The position numbers and the translations under genes are program-made. Source: an uncultured Candidatus Saccharibacteria bacterium (GTDB lineage: Bacteria > Patescibacteriota > Saccharimonadia > Saccharimonadales > Saccharimonadaceae). From it: a stretch of 64,000 nt of DNA. The notes under the pieces were generated by a model. It was not told the origin of the DNA and did not search any database. It saw nothing but the letters and a program-made list of their open reading frames with translations. The DNA lies in assembly GCA_947169915.1 (NCBI GenBank), contig CAMVRN010000006.1, positions 301 to 64,300 of the forward strand. Reading direction: 5' to 3'. This document shows, piece by piece, positions 46,140-55,713 of this stretch (positions within the stretch are counted from its first letter, which is position 1; every line of letters begins with the position of its first letter).

Positions 46140-48314
46140 ATGGATATTATTAATCCGAGTGGAAAAAAGACACAGTCGGTAAAAATTGACTGGCTCGGTA
46201 GAGAATTGAGCCTTGAAGTCAACAGAGTTGGGTTTAGGACCACCTCTAGCGTGCTTGTAAAATATGGGGATACGGTTGTCTTGGGTTCAGTTGTGGTAGG
46301 TACTAAACCGGTCGTCCAAGATTTCTTCCCATTATCGATTGATTATGAAGAGAAGTACTATGCTTCTGGAAAGATTTCTAGCTCCAAGTTTATTAAAAGA
46401 GAAGGGAAACCGAGCGATAATGCTGTGCTTGTTGGAAGGTTAATTGACCGTCCAATTCGTCCATTGTTTCCAAAAGGGTACCGCCAAGAGGTACAGGTTG
46501 TTACGACCGTTCTTTCGATGGACCCGAATTTTAGACCAGACATGGTAGCAATGATTGCTGCATCTTCTGCATTAATGAATGCTGGCGTACCATTTGATGG
46601 GCCAGTTGCTGGACTTCGCATCGGGAGAATTAATGGCGAGTTTAAGGCCTTCTTGAATGAAGAGGAAAGAGAGAAATCTGCGCTTGATTTGGTTGTCGCA
46701 TGTAAAGACGGAAAGGTTGTAATGGTTGAAGCTGGGGCAAGAGAAGTTCCAGAGGAAATGATTATTGAGGCCATGCACTGGGCGGTCGAAAATGTTCAGC
46801 CGGTGTTGGATTTGCAACGCGAGCTTCAAAAAATCGTCGATGCGCCTGAACAAGAGTATGAACTTGTTCTCCCAGACCCAGAGATTCAAGCAAGAGTTGA
46901 TAAATGGACTGAAGGAAAATTTGGCGAGAAGGTTCGTGGAAACGTGCTTGAGCGCTCTAGAATTCTAGATGAGATGAAGTATGAGATGCATGATGAGTTT
47001 GCTCTTGAATTAGGACAGGGGGAAACCGACAATGAAAAAGTCGAGTGGTACGACGAGAACCTTCGCGACCAATACAATCAAGCGTTCGAACTTGCAGTTC
47101 ATCACGAGGTTCGTAGGTCAATTGTTGAGGAAGGCATTCGTCCTGATGGACGCAAAACAACAGAGGTGCGTCCGCTCTCGAGCCAGGTTGGTATTTTGCC
47201 AAGAACCCATGGTTCTTCGTTGTTTACTCGTGGTGTAACTCAGGCGATGAATATTGTTACTTTAGCTCCGCTTAGTTTTGCGCAGCTCGTTGATACGATG
47301 GAAGTAACAGATGGTAAACGTCGCTATATGCACCACTATAATGCTCCTAGCTATACAGTTGGAGAGGTTGGTCGTTTAGGAAGCCCTGGTCGTCGTGAAA
47401 TTGGACATGGATATCTTGCGGAAAGAGCACTTCTTCCAGTGCTCCCAACTGAAGAGGAATTCCCATATGTAATCCGAAGTGTGACCGAAATTATGTCGCA
47501 GAACGGTTCTACGTCTATGGCGGCAACTTGCTCTAGTTGTCTTGCGTTGATGGATGCTGGTGTGCCGCTAAAGAGGCCAGTCAGTGGTGTCGCAATGGGT
47601 CTCATGGTTGATGTTGAAAAAGGTAAGGAAATTACCGAAAAAGATATCGACAAGGCCTATGTACTTACAGACCTTATGGACGCAGAAGATTTTGCTGGTG
47701 ATATGGATTTTAAAGTTACTGGTACGACTGAAGGCGTGACAGCTCTTCAGATGGACATGAAGGTACATGGTCTTCCGGTAGAAATTCTCGAGAAGGCCAT
47801 TAAGCAATCTCATGAGGGAAGAATGTTTATTTTGAATCACATGCTCTCTGTTCTTCCTGGACCACGCGAAAAGATTTCAGAGTATGCACCAAGAATTGAG
47901 AAATTGATGGTTAATAAGGACAAGATTGGCGCTATCATCGGAAAAGGTGGCGAAACAATCAATAAGATAACTTCTGAGACTGGCGCGATGGTCGATATTG
48001 ATGAATCTGGGCTTGTGACTGTGGCGGGGAACGATTCGAAAGCAATTGAAGCTGCTCTAGAATGGATTAAGAGCCTGGTTGAAGAACCAGAAGTCGGGAA
48101 GATTTATGATGGTACGGTTGTGACTATTAAGGACTTTGGTGCGTTCGTGAATATTATGCCGGGAATCGATGGCATGCTTCACGTTTCCCAAATATCCGAT
48201 AAACGTGTTGAAAACGTATCTGATGTTCTTAAGGTTGGTCAGAAGGTTAGAGTAAAACTAGTCGCGATTGACGATAAAGGAAGATTATCCCTCACGATGA
48301 AACACTTGGATTAA
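46140..48314 (+). CDS. pnp: Polyribonucleotide nucleotidyltransferase (PNPase)
   Basis: FFPLSIDYEEK, RLIDRPIRPLFP, RTHGSSLFTRG, RREIGHG, NGSTSMA and DMDFKV motifs; KH and S1 domains. Confidence 0.98.
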   Translation: MDIINPSGKKTQSVKIDWLGRELSLEVNRVGFRTTSSVLVKYGDTVVLGSVVVGTKPVVQDFFPLSIDYEEKYYASGKISSSKFIKREGKPSDNAVLVGRLIDRPIRPLFPKGYRQEVQVVTTVLSMDPNFRPDMVAMIAASSALMNAGVPFDGPVAGLRIGRINGEFKAFLNEEEREKSALDLVVACKDGKVVMVEAGAREVPEEMIIEAMHWAVENVQPVLDLQRELQKIVDAPEQEYELVLPDPEIQARVDKWTEGKFGEKVRGNVLERSRILDEMKYEMHDEFALELGQGETDNEKVEWYDENLRDQYNQAFELAVHHEVRRSIVEEGIRPDGRKTTEVRPLSSQVGILPRTHGSSLFTRGVTQAMNIVTLAPLSFAQLVDTMEVTDGKRRYMHHYNAPSYTVGEVGRLGSPGRREIGHGYLAERALLPVLPTEEEFPYVIRSVTEIMSQNGSTSMAATCSSCLALMDAGVPLKRPVSGVAMGLMVDVEKGKEITEKDIDKAYVLTDLMDAEDFAGDMDFKVTGTTEGVTALQMDMKVHGLPVEILEKAIKQSHEGRMFILNHMLSVLPGPREKISEYAPRIEKLMVNKDKIGAIIGKGGETINKITSETGAMVDIDESGLVTVAGNDSKAIEAALEWIKSLVEEPEVGKIYDGTVVTIKDFGAFVNIMPGIDGMLHVSQISDKRVENVSDVLKVGQKVRVKLVAIDDKGRLSLTMKHLD

Positions 48315-48319
48315 GTGGA

Positions 48320-48345
48320 AAGGGCACCAGGCGGTGCCCTTTTTT
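48320..48345 (+). terminator. pnp terminator
   Basis: AAGGGCACC-aggc-GGTGCCCTT-TTTT. Confidence 0.88.
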
Positions 48346-48445
48346 GATGATTTAAGATAAGCTTTACTAATTTTATAAAATGTAGTATAATTAGAAGATA
48401 GGTAGTCTAAGCTGCCTTGTATTTTTTCTGAACGGAGGGGATTAA

Positions 48446-48634
48446 ATGGGTATCTTGGGTTGTATTGTCGTTGTTGTTCTACTATTGCTGCTTGTATGCC
48501 TCTTTGGTGGGGACAATGGAATGAGTTATGAGGAGTATCGCCGAATTGAATACCGTAATGAATATCTATGGGAAAGAAAGCATTATAACGACCAACGAAT
48601 TGAAGATATAATGATTGGAATTAAGCACCCGTAA
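48446..48634 (+). CDS. Small membrane or secreted hypothetical protein (62 aa)
   Basis: SD GGAGGGG; hydrophobic N-terminus; followed by terminator GCCGGCA/TGCCGGC plus a T-run (48647-48671). Confidence 0.6.
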   Translation: MGILGCIVVVVLLLLLVCLFGGDNGMSYEEYRRIEYRNEYLWERKHYNDQRIEDIMIGIKHP

Positions 48635-48720
48635 ATACCACCTCTTGCCGGCACGCGTTGCCGGCTTTTTTACTGGTTATGGTATTTGGAGAAAAGTAGA
48701 TTATGTGGTATATTGTTGTT

Positions 48721-51093
48721 ATGGTTACGAAGAAGAAAAGTACAAGTAGAGGTGGGAAAAGCTCTAGTCGTGGAGGAAGTAGGGGAAAAACATCTAGCAA
48801 GAGAAGTACTCGAGAAGTCAGAAAAAAGCAGGAACTTCCGGGAGGATGGGGGCAACAGATTTTGGCATTGATTCTGATTGCAGTCTCTGTCATTCTAGTT
48901 GCTACTTGGTTTTCAGGCGAAAAAAACGAGGCCTATAAGATAGTTTTCTCTGTGATTGGCAACGGAATGTACGTTTTGCCATTCTTATTTAGTTATTTGG
49001 CGGTGAAAATCTTCCGAAGTGAAGATAACCGGTTGCCAGTGATTGTTTGGATAGTTTCTATACTCTTGATTGCATTTGCTGCTGGGGCGAGCGGAGTCTC
49101 GACTTATGGAGAAAAAGGAGCTCATGGCGGAGCTGTCGGCGAGTGGATTAATGAGCTTATACTTCCGATGTTCGGACAAGGCGCAACTGTATTTGTTTAC
49201 GTCGTATTGATTGCGATTTGTCTATTGTTTATTTTGCAAAAGACACCGAGTGCAGTAGTAAAGGGAATGAAACGTTCGCTTAAGGGCAAAGATAAAGCAG
49301 AGCTTCCAATGGATAGCAAGGCGAAAAATGACAATATTACGGATTTGAGCGATGACGATAAAGGAAAGTCCGAGTTTAGAGTTAATAAGGGTGTTGCGGT
49401 CGAAGAGGCTGAGAAAAAGAAAGACGAACCTAAAAAAGGAGGACTCTTCGGATTTGGGAAGAAAAAAGAAGTAGCGAAAGAGCCAATTGCAAAGAACGAG
49501 CCAAAGATTGCAGAAGCCAAGACAGAGAATAAAGGTGCACTTGTTTCGGTTTCTGATTTAGATTGGAAAAAACCAAGTGTTGAGCTTTTAGAGAAAAAGC
49601 AGAGCCCTGCAGATGCTGGGAATATACAGCAGAATGCCTTTATTATTAAATCGACACTTGCTGAGTTTGGCATTGATGTGGAAATGGAAGGAGCGAATAT
49701 TGGCCCAAGAGTTACGCAATATACCATGCGGCCACCTTCTGGAGTGAATCTTTCGAAGATTTTGGCTCGCGATAAGGAATTGGCGCTCAATCTTGCTGTA
49801 GATAAAATTCGTATCGAAGCTCCAATTCCGGGGACGCGTTCGGTTGGCGTTGAAATTCCAAATCTGAAGTCAGCTAGTGTGATGCTCCGAGGGATAATTG
49901 ATAGCCAAGAGTGGAAGAAGGCAAAAGACCCACTCACATTTGCAGTAGGTAAGGATATTTCTGGTAAGGCAGTGGTCGCTAATCTTGCTAAGATGCCGCA
50001 CCTCTTAATCGCAGGTACTACTGGTTCTGGTAAGTCCGTAATGACTAATACACTTATTTCTTCGCTTCTTTATCGTAATTCGCCAAGCGATTTAAAGTTG
50101 ATTATCGTAGATCCGAAGCAAGTCGAGATGGCGCTATACGACGGAATTCCTCATCTTTTGACGCCGATTATTACTTCTACGGAAAAAGCGCTCTCGGCGC
50201 TCAAATGGGCGGTCAACGAGATGGAAAAGCGATATAGCTTAATGGCTGAGAAAAAAGTTAAGAATATTGCGGATTATAACGCGAAAATTGCCGATGTAGC
50301 TCCTAAGGAGACAAAGGTAGATGATGGGATAGAAGAAGTTGGGGAAAATGAAGAGAAACAAACTGAGGGTAAGATGCCATACATTGTAATAGTTGTAGAT
50401 GAGATGGCAGACCTTATGATGATGGCAGGAAAAGACCTCGAGATGTTAATCGTACGTGTCGCGCAAAAAGGTCGTGCAGCTGGTATACATTTGGTTCTCG
50501 CAACGCAGAGGCCAGAGGTAAAGGTTATTACTGGGCTCATTAAGGCTAACGTTCCGGGTAGGATTGCGTTTGCTGTAGGGAGTCAAATCGATTCTAGGAT
50601 TATGCTTGACCAAGGAGGTGCAGAAAAATTGCTTGGTAAAGGTGATATGTTAATGCTCACTACTGAGATGATGGGTAAGCCAAAACGAATTCAGGGCGCA
50701 TGGGCGTATGAAGACGAAAAAGGAAATGGTGACGTTAAGAACCTAACCGATTATTTGAGAAAACAGAGACCACCTGAATATAATCCAGATGTGGTTGCGC
50801 AACCCGTTCAGATTAAAGGTATGGGGCCGAGCGACGGTGGAGCCTTTGGCGATCTTGGAAGAAAATACGACCCGAACGACCCTGTCGTAAGAAGAGCAGT
50901 TGAAATTTCGCTTTCTAAAGGTAAGTTCTCGACGGCTATGTTGCAGACATATCTTGGAAAAGGGCATGGTTTTGTGTCTGGTCTTGCAATTTGGTTTGAG
51001 GAGATTGGTGTGATTGGTCCGCAAAATGGCAACAAGCCACGCGACATGCTTATTAAATCGATGGAAGAGTTCGACGCGCTTGTAAATGTTTAA
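48721..51093 (+). CDS. ftsK: DNA translocase FtsK/SpoIIIE
   Basis: N-terminal TM segments; GPRVTQY, MPHLLIAGTTGSGKS, IVIVVDEMADLM, LATQRP and GAEKLLGKGDML motifs; C-terminal gamma domain. Confidence 0.96.
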   Translation: MVTKKKSTSRGGKSSSRGGSRGKTSSKRSTREVRKKQELPGGWGQQILALILIAVSVILVATWFSGEKNEAYKIVFSVIGNGMYVLPFLFSYLAVKIFRSEDNRLPVIVWIVSILLIAFAAGASGVSTYGEKGAHGGAVGEWINELILPMFGQGATVFVYVVLIAICLLFILQKTPSAVVKGMKRSLKGKDKAELPMDSKAKNDNITDLSDDDKGKSEFRVNKGVAVEEAEKKKDEPKKGGLFGFGKKKEVAKEPIAKNEPKIAEAKTENKGALVSVSDLDWKKPSVELLEKKQSPADAGNIQQNAFIIKSTLAEFGIDVEMEGANIGPRVTQYTMRPPSGVNLSKILARDKELALNLAVDKIRIEAPIPGTRSVGVEIPNLKSASVMLRGIIDSQEWKKAKDPLTFAVGKDISGKAVVANLAKMPHLLIAGTTGSGKSVMTNTLISSLLYRNSPSDLKLIIVDPKQVEMALYDGIPHLLTPIITSTEKALSALKWAVNEMEKRYSLMAEKKVKNIADYNAKIADVAPKETKVDDGIEEVGENEEKQTEGKMPYIVIVVDEMADLMMMAGKDLEMLIVRVAQKGRAAGIHLVLATQRPEVKVITGLIKANVPGRIAFAVGSQIDSRIMLDQGGAEKLLGKGDMLMLTTEMMGKPKRIQGAWAYEDEKGNGDVKNLTDYLRKQRPPEYNPDVVAQPVQIKGMGPSDGGAFGDLGRKYDPNDPVVRRAVEISLSKGKFSTAMLQTYLGKGHGFVSGLAIWFEEIGVIGPQNGNKPRDMLIKSMEEFDALVNV

Positions 51094-51144
51094 CCTCAAT
51101 TGTATTGCGGTTTATAGGTAATTGGTGTATAATACTCCTTAATA

Positions 51145-51190
51145 TTAACTCAGGGAATGGATTAAGTCGCATTCCCGTTAACCAAAGGAG
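51145..51190 (+). promoter_or_regulatory. Putative rpsF 5'-leader stem-loop
   Basis: TTAAC-tca-GGGAATG...CATTCCC-GTTAA nested stem ending 3 nt before SD AAAGGAG; TATAAT at 51128-51133. Confidence 0.5.
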
Positions 51191-51198
51191 AACAAATC

Positions 51199-51558
51199 GT
51201 GAAACAATACGAACTTACTTTCTTGATTCATCCCGATTTAGAGATGAATGTCGAGAGTGTTGTCAGTAAAGTTAAAGAGCTGATTGACGCTAATGGCGGT
51301 AAGGTCACGAAAGAGACCAATGAGGGTAAGAAAAAACTTGCCTATACCATTAAGGGTCAAGATTTTGCTGTTTATTACTACTTTGAAATCGATTTGCCGG
51401 CAGATGCGCCTGCTAAGATTTCTAATGTATTGAACATTACTGATGAAGTGTTGCGCTATTTGCTCGTTGCTACGGATGAACGTAAAGCAAAATTCGAAGC
51501 GAAAAGGGCAGAGCGTCGTGCAGAAGAAGCACAAGAAGAAAAAACTGAGGAGGAATAA
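51199..51558 (+). CDS. rpsF: 30S ribosomal protein S6
   Basis: KQYELTFLIHPDL, GKKKLAYTIK, VLRYLLV; GTG start. Confidence 0.95.
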   Translation: MKQYELTFLIHPDLEMNVESVVSKVKELIDANGGKVTKETNEGKKKLAYTIKGQDFAVYYYFEIDLPADAPAKISNVLNITDEVLRYLLVATDERKAKFEAKRAERRAEEAQEEKTEEE

Positions 51559-51563
51559 TTATT

Positions 51564-52025
51564 ATGCGTGGCTTTAGCAAAGCTATTATCACAGGTAACT
51601 TAACAAGAGATCCAGAATTAAGGACTACGCCGAATGGTGCAAGTGTTTGTTCGTTTTCAGTTGCGGTCAACAGAGTTTTCAAAGACTCTAGCGGCACACA
51701 ACAAGAATCTGTTTCGTTTATTGACTGTTCCGCGTGGGGCAAGCTAGGCGAAATGATTGGACAATATGCGAAAAAAGGCGCTGGCGTTTTAGTTTCTGGA
51801 CGTCTTGACCAAAGAAGTTGGGAAGACAAATCTGGACAAAAGCGAAGTCGTGTCGAGATTGTAGTAGAAGATTTTAACTTTACTGGCCCCGCAAATAATG
51901 AAGGGGGAAGCCGTGGCGGAAGCTATGGCGATTCTGGTTCTAAAGGTGGCAATATTCAAGGTGAGCCTGAGGACGATATCAGCAATGGGAACGAAGAGAT
52001 TGACCTTTCGGAAATCCCATTCTAA
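51564..52025 (+). CDS. ssb: Single-stranded DNA-binding protein
   Basis: GNLTRDPELR, FSVAVNR, acidic tail ending EIPF. Confidence 0.97.
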   Translation: MRGFSKAIITGNLTRDPELRTTPNGASVCSFSVAVNRVFKDSSGTQQESVSFIDCSAWGKLGEMIGQYAKKGAGVLVSGRLDQRSWEDKSGQKRSRVEIVVEDFNFTGPANNEGGSRGGSYGDSGSKGGNIQGEPEDDISNGNEEIDLSEIPF

Positions 52026-52082
52026 TAAATAATTTATTCAGGTATTTAGGGGGATAATAATACTTTTAAGAAAGAGGATAAT

Positions 52083-52280
52083 ATGAGAAGAGTCAAAGTT
52101 GACCCAAATATCTATTTTGACTATAAAGATGTCAAAACCTTGCAAAAATTTCTCGACCCTTATGGTAGGATTGAGGCTGGTGCAAGAACTGGTTTGACGG
52201 CAAAACAACAACGCCAACTCGCTGTTGCTGTTAAGAGGGCACGTCATCTAGCTTTGCTTCCTTTTGTAAGCGCTAACTAA
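52083..52280 (+). CDS. rpsR: 30S ribosomal protein S18 (no zinc cysteines)
   Basis: [38 protein letters not shown]. Confidence 0.95.
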   Translation: MRRVKVDPNIYFDYKDVKTLQKFLDPYGRIEAGARTGLTAKQQRQLAVAVKRARHLALLPFVSAN

Positions 52281-52295
52281 ATAAGGGTAAATGTC

Positions 52296-52856
52296 ATGTA
52301 TGGACCTACTGATTTAAAGAAAAACGTGCTTATCACACTCGATGGACAGCCATATAAGGTTGTTGAATATTCACAGAAGGTCATGGGCCGTGGCGGTTCA
52401 ATCGTTAATGTTAAGGTTAAAAACCTAATTACAGGCGCTCTTCTTCCTAAGACTTTCAAAGGTCAGGAGAAGATTGAACCTGCTGAAGTTACAACTCGCA
52501 AAGTCCAGTATCTTTATAAGGATGACGAGAAGTTTTACTTCATGGACCCAGAAACTTTTGAACAATATGAATTACTAGCCGATATGGTCGGAGATGCGAA
52601 GGATTTTATGAAGGATGGCGATGAAATGGAAATCCAATTCTACAATGGAACTCCTATCAATCTTGCGCTTCCGAAGAATCTTTGGCTTGAGGTTACTTAT
52701 ACCGAAACGGCAGTGAAAGGTGACACATCGACTTCAGTTATGAAGGATGCGACGCTCGAAACTGGTGTTGTTGTAAAAGTTCCAGCATTCATTAAAGTCG
52801 GAGATATTGTTTCGATTGACACAGAAACATACGCTTATAGGGAACGTCGAAAATAA
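52296..52856 (+). CDS. efp: Elongation factor P
   Basis: GQPYKVVE, QYLYKD, FMDPETFEQ, AVKGDT, LETG and VPAFIKVGD motifs. Confidence 0.95.
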   Translation: MYGPTDLKKNVLITLDGQPYKVVEYSQKVMGRGGSIVNVKVKNLITGALLPKTFKGQEKIEPAEVTTRKVQYLYKDDEKFYFMDPETFEQYELLADMVGDAKDFMKDGDEMEIQFYNGTPINLALPKNLWLEVTYTETAVKGDTSTSVMKDATLETGVVVKVPAFIKVGDIVSIDTETYAYRERRK

Positions 52857-52866
52857 GTTAATCGCG

Positions 52867-52895
52867 AGATAGCGAGCACTAGTTGCTCGCTATCT
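52867..52895. repeat. Perfect 12-bp inverted repeat (terminator or REP-like)
   Basis: AGATAGCGAGCA-ctagt-TGCTCGCTATCT with no long T-run after it. Confidence 0.7.
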
Positions 52896-52899
52896 TATA

Positions 52900-53466
52900 A
52901 TGGAAATAATTATGGTGGTATCAAGAGCAGAACATAAGATTGAAAATGCCGCAGAGGCATTTCGTTTTGATTTTAGAGATAAAGCGGTTCTTGATATTGG
53001 TTCTAGTACAGGTGGATTTACGGAATTCGCGTGCTTGCATGGAGCTAGGAAAGTTGTTGCCGTGGAAAAGGGGACAAATCAAATGAAAGCTCCACTTAGG
53101 TTCGATTCAAAAGTCGAACTTCACGAAAAAACAGATATTTTTGAGTTTAGGACGGATGAGAAAATCGATGTTATTCTTGCGGACGTTTCTTTTATAAGTT
53201 TAAAACCGGTTCTTATCTATGCTAAACAAAAACTTGCAAACAGAAAGACTGAATTTCTGGTCATGTTAAAGCCTCAGTTTGAAGCAAGACCAGAACAATT
53301 ATTCAGGGGGATAGTTAAGAACGAGAAGATAAGACGCGAAATAATTCGTGATTTTGAAGGATGGCTAGGTAAAAATGGTTTTATTATTAAAGGAAAACGC
53401 GACAATATTCTGTCGGGAAAGAACGGCAACTTAGAGCGATTTTATTATATGTCCCTTGCAAAATAA
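52900..53466 (+). CDS. tlyA: TlyA/FtsJ-like rRNA methyltransferase lacking the N-terminal S4 domain
   Basis: VSRAEHK, VLDIGSSTGGFT, DVSFISL, LKPQFEA and GKNGNLE motifs. Confidence 0.85.
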   Translation: MEIIMVVSRAEHKIENAAEAFRFDFRDKAVLDIGSSTGGFTEFACLHGARKVVAVEKGTNQMKAPLRFDSKVELHEKTDIFEFRTDEKIDVILADVSFISLKPVLIYAKQKLANRKTEFLVMLKPQFEARPEQLFRGIVKNEKIRREIIRDFEGWLGKNGFIIKGKRDNILSGKNGNLERFYYMSLAK

Positions 53467-53493
53467 AAAGCATGAGCATATAATATATAATAT

Positions 53494-54540
53494 ATGAAAC
53501 TATTACAAGGAGTGGGCGATTTCTTCGCGATGGATATCGGTACGACGTCTATTCGTATTGTTCAGTTGGGCGGAGACCAGCAACATGGTTGGAGTTTGCA
53601 GAAATATGCATATGTTCCTGTTGATGAAAAAACATTGCAGGATTCTTCTGAACTAGGGAAGAGGAAGTTCCAAGAAATTGTCATGAACGCTATTACGCAG
53701 GCGCAGATTCATACTAAGAATATTGCAGTCGGAATGCCTGCGGGTAAAACATTTACCGCCGTCGTTGAAGTTGACAATCAAGATCCAAAGGATTTAGCAA
53801 AGACAGTCAAATACCAACTTGACCAGTATATCCCTATGGCTGTTGAGGAAGCGAAGGCTGATTTTGTGGTGCTCGGTATATCTCCGAACGACCCTGCAAA
53901 GGCTGAGGTTTTGGTTTCTTCTACTGCGATAGATTATGCCGAGTCTACACTTGAGCTAATTGAAGGTATGGGTCTTAACGTGATTGCCATGGAGCCAGAA
54001 CCGCTAGCAATGGCGCGTGCACTGATGCCACCAGGGGTGGTAGATGCAAGGATGATTGTTGACCTTGGTGAACGTTCTACGGACCTTGTTGTTGTGTTTC
54101 ACGGAGCACCAAGACTTGTTCGCTCGATTCCAGGCGGTTTCGATTCGTTAGTCAAGACTGTTGCTAGTGCGCTTTCGGTACGTGAAGACCAAGCGCGTCA
54201 GTTTATCCTCAAATTCGGTCTAGCTCAGGATAAAATTGAAGGTCAGGTGTTTAAGGCTTTGGACTCTACGCTTGAAGCATTTGCTTCAGAGCTTACGAAA
54301 TCTGTTCTATTCTTCCAAGGGAAGTATTCGAATGTTAAGGTTGGCGGGATTGTTCTTTCCGGTTTTGCAGAAATCATTCCGTTTATTGCGGAATATATCG
54401 AGGCGAAGACTGATGTTCCTACGATGCAGGGAAATCCTTGGCAAATGGTAAGGGTTTCGCCAGAGCAACAGAATGCTTTGGTAAACGTTGCTAGCGAATT
54501 TTCAGTTGCTATTGGTTTGGCTGAAAGGAGTAATGAGTAA
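53494..54540 (+). CDS. pilM: Type IV pilus assembly protein PilM
   Basis: AMDIGTTSIRIV, QYIPMAVEEA, VDLGERST and IVLSGG-like actin-fold motifs; first gene of the pil cluster. Confidence 0.9.
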   Translation: MKLLQGVGDFFAMDIGTTSIRIVQLGGDQQHGWSLQKYAYVPVDEKTLQDSSELGKRKFQEIVMNAITQAQIHTKNIAVGMPAGKTFTAVVEVDNQDPKDLAKTVKYQLDQYIPMAVEEAKADFVVLGISPNDPAKAEVLVSSTAIDYAESTLELIEGMGLNVIAMEPEPLAMARALMPPGVVDARMIVDLGERSTDLVVVFHGAPRLVRSIPGGFDSLVKTVASALSVREDQARQFILKFGLAQDKIEGQVFKALDSTLEAFASELTKSVLFFQGKYSNVKVGGIVLSGFAEIIPFIAEYIEAKTDVPTMQGNPWQMVRVSPEQQNALVNVASEFSVAIGLAERSNE

Positions 54541-55706
54541 TGTTTGAGGTTAACCTTGTTCCTGATGTAAAAGCCGAGATGATTGCCGCGCAAAAGAAGC
54601 GCAATGTTGTATTTTTTGCTGCTGCAACAGTTTCCGCAATTGCTGCGGGCATCGTTTTGCTTCTTTTGACAATTAAAGTTGGTCAAGACGCAAAGATAGG
54701 TGGACAAGATAAGCAATTATCTTTAATGTCAACAACTTTGACTAAGTATGATGGGCTTGAGGATTTGTTAACTGTCCAAAAGCAGCTTTCTGACTTGCAA
54801 ACACTCAACCAAAACAAGACAATGCTTTCGCGCGTCTTTACGGTTTTGCATTCGATTGTCCAAACTGAGAATGGAGATGAAATTGATATTTCGTCGATCG
54901 ACGTAAACATGGAAACGTCGGAGCTCAGTTTTGACGGACAAGCAAACGCTGGACCCGATACGGATGGAATTGACTATCGCGTTCTTGAATCGTTTACCAA
55001 AGGAATCAATTTAATGAAGTATGATTATGGGCGTTATGTCGATAGATATGGTGCTGAGATTCCTACGATGTGTATCTTTGAATCTGACGCTCGTGGTGTT
55101 CCATTTACGGATGACAATGGCAATGTTTATGCGATTTGGGCAAAGAACGTCGATGGTTGTGACCCATCGGAGGGAAATAATGCGGATGTTGCTCAACAGG
55201 GCGCTAATGGAACAACGAATTTAGAAAATACTATAGCCGCCACAACTGAGGCTACGACATCGCAACAAATTCAGGACGTAAACATTAGCGGTGGGTGTGA
55301 TGACCCAAATCTAGTATGTATTTATAGAACTCCGCTCTATAGTGATTGGTATAAGATGGGCCAAATAACTGTTGAAGGCGAGATTAAGGGTATCGAGCAC
55401 TTTGCAAGTGAGTGTATAACATATTCTGGCGTAGAAGAGAATAACACCGTTCACTGGAGCAGTACTAATAGGTGTGATATGGCTCCAGACGGTATTGAAA
55501 TTTCTAACTCTACTAATGGTCGCGATACGGGTGGGGAACTAGTACTGATGTTTAGTGGCATTCTTCATATGAATCCAGAAGTGTTTAGTTTTAACAATAA
55601 GCACATGATTACGATTACTCCGTCTGGTAGACAAAACGTAACGGATTCGTTTATTCAGGTTGGTGATATGTTTGCGGAAAAAGCTAAAGCAATTGATACG
55701 AGGTAA
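54540..55706 (+). CDS. PilN-like protein with a Cys-rich extension
   Basis: EVNLVPD PilM-binding motif, one TM segment, coiled coil; directly after pilM. Confidence 0.75.
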   Translation: MFEVNLVPDVKAEMIAAQKKRNVVFFAAATVSAIAAGIVLLLLTIKVGQDAKIGGQDKQLSLMSTTLTKYDGLEDLLTVQKQLSDLQTLNQNKTMLSRVFTVLHSIVQTENGDEIDISSIDVNMETSELSFDGQANAGPDTDGIDYRVLESFTKGINLMKYDYGRYVDRYGAEIPTMCIFESDARGVPFTDDNGNVYAIWAKNVDGCDPSEGNNADVAQQGANGTTNLENTIAATTEATTSQQIQDVNISGGCDDPNLVCIYRTPLYSDWYKMGQITVEGEIKGIEHFASECITYSGVEENNTVHWSSTNRCDMAPDGIEISNSTNGRDTGGELVLMFSGILHMNPEVFSFNNKHMITITPSGRQNVTDSFIQVGDMFAEKAKAIDTR

Positions 55707-55713
55707 AATAAAA

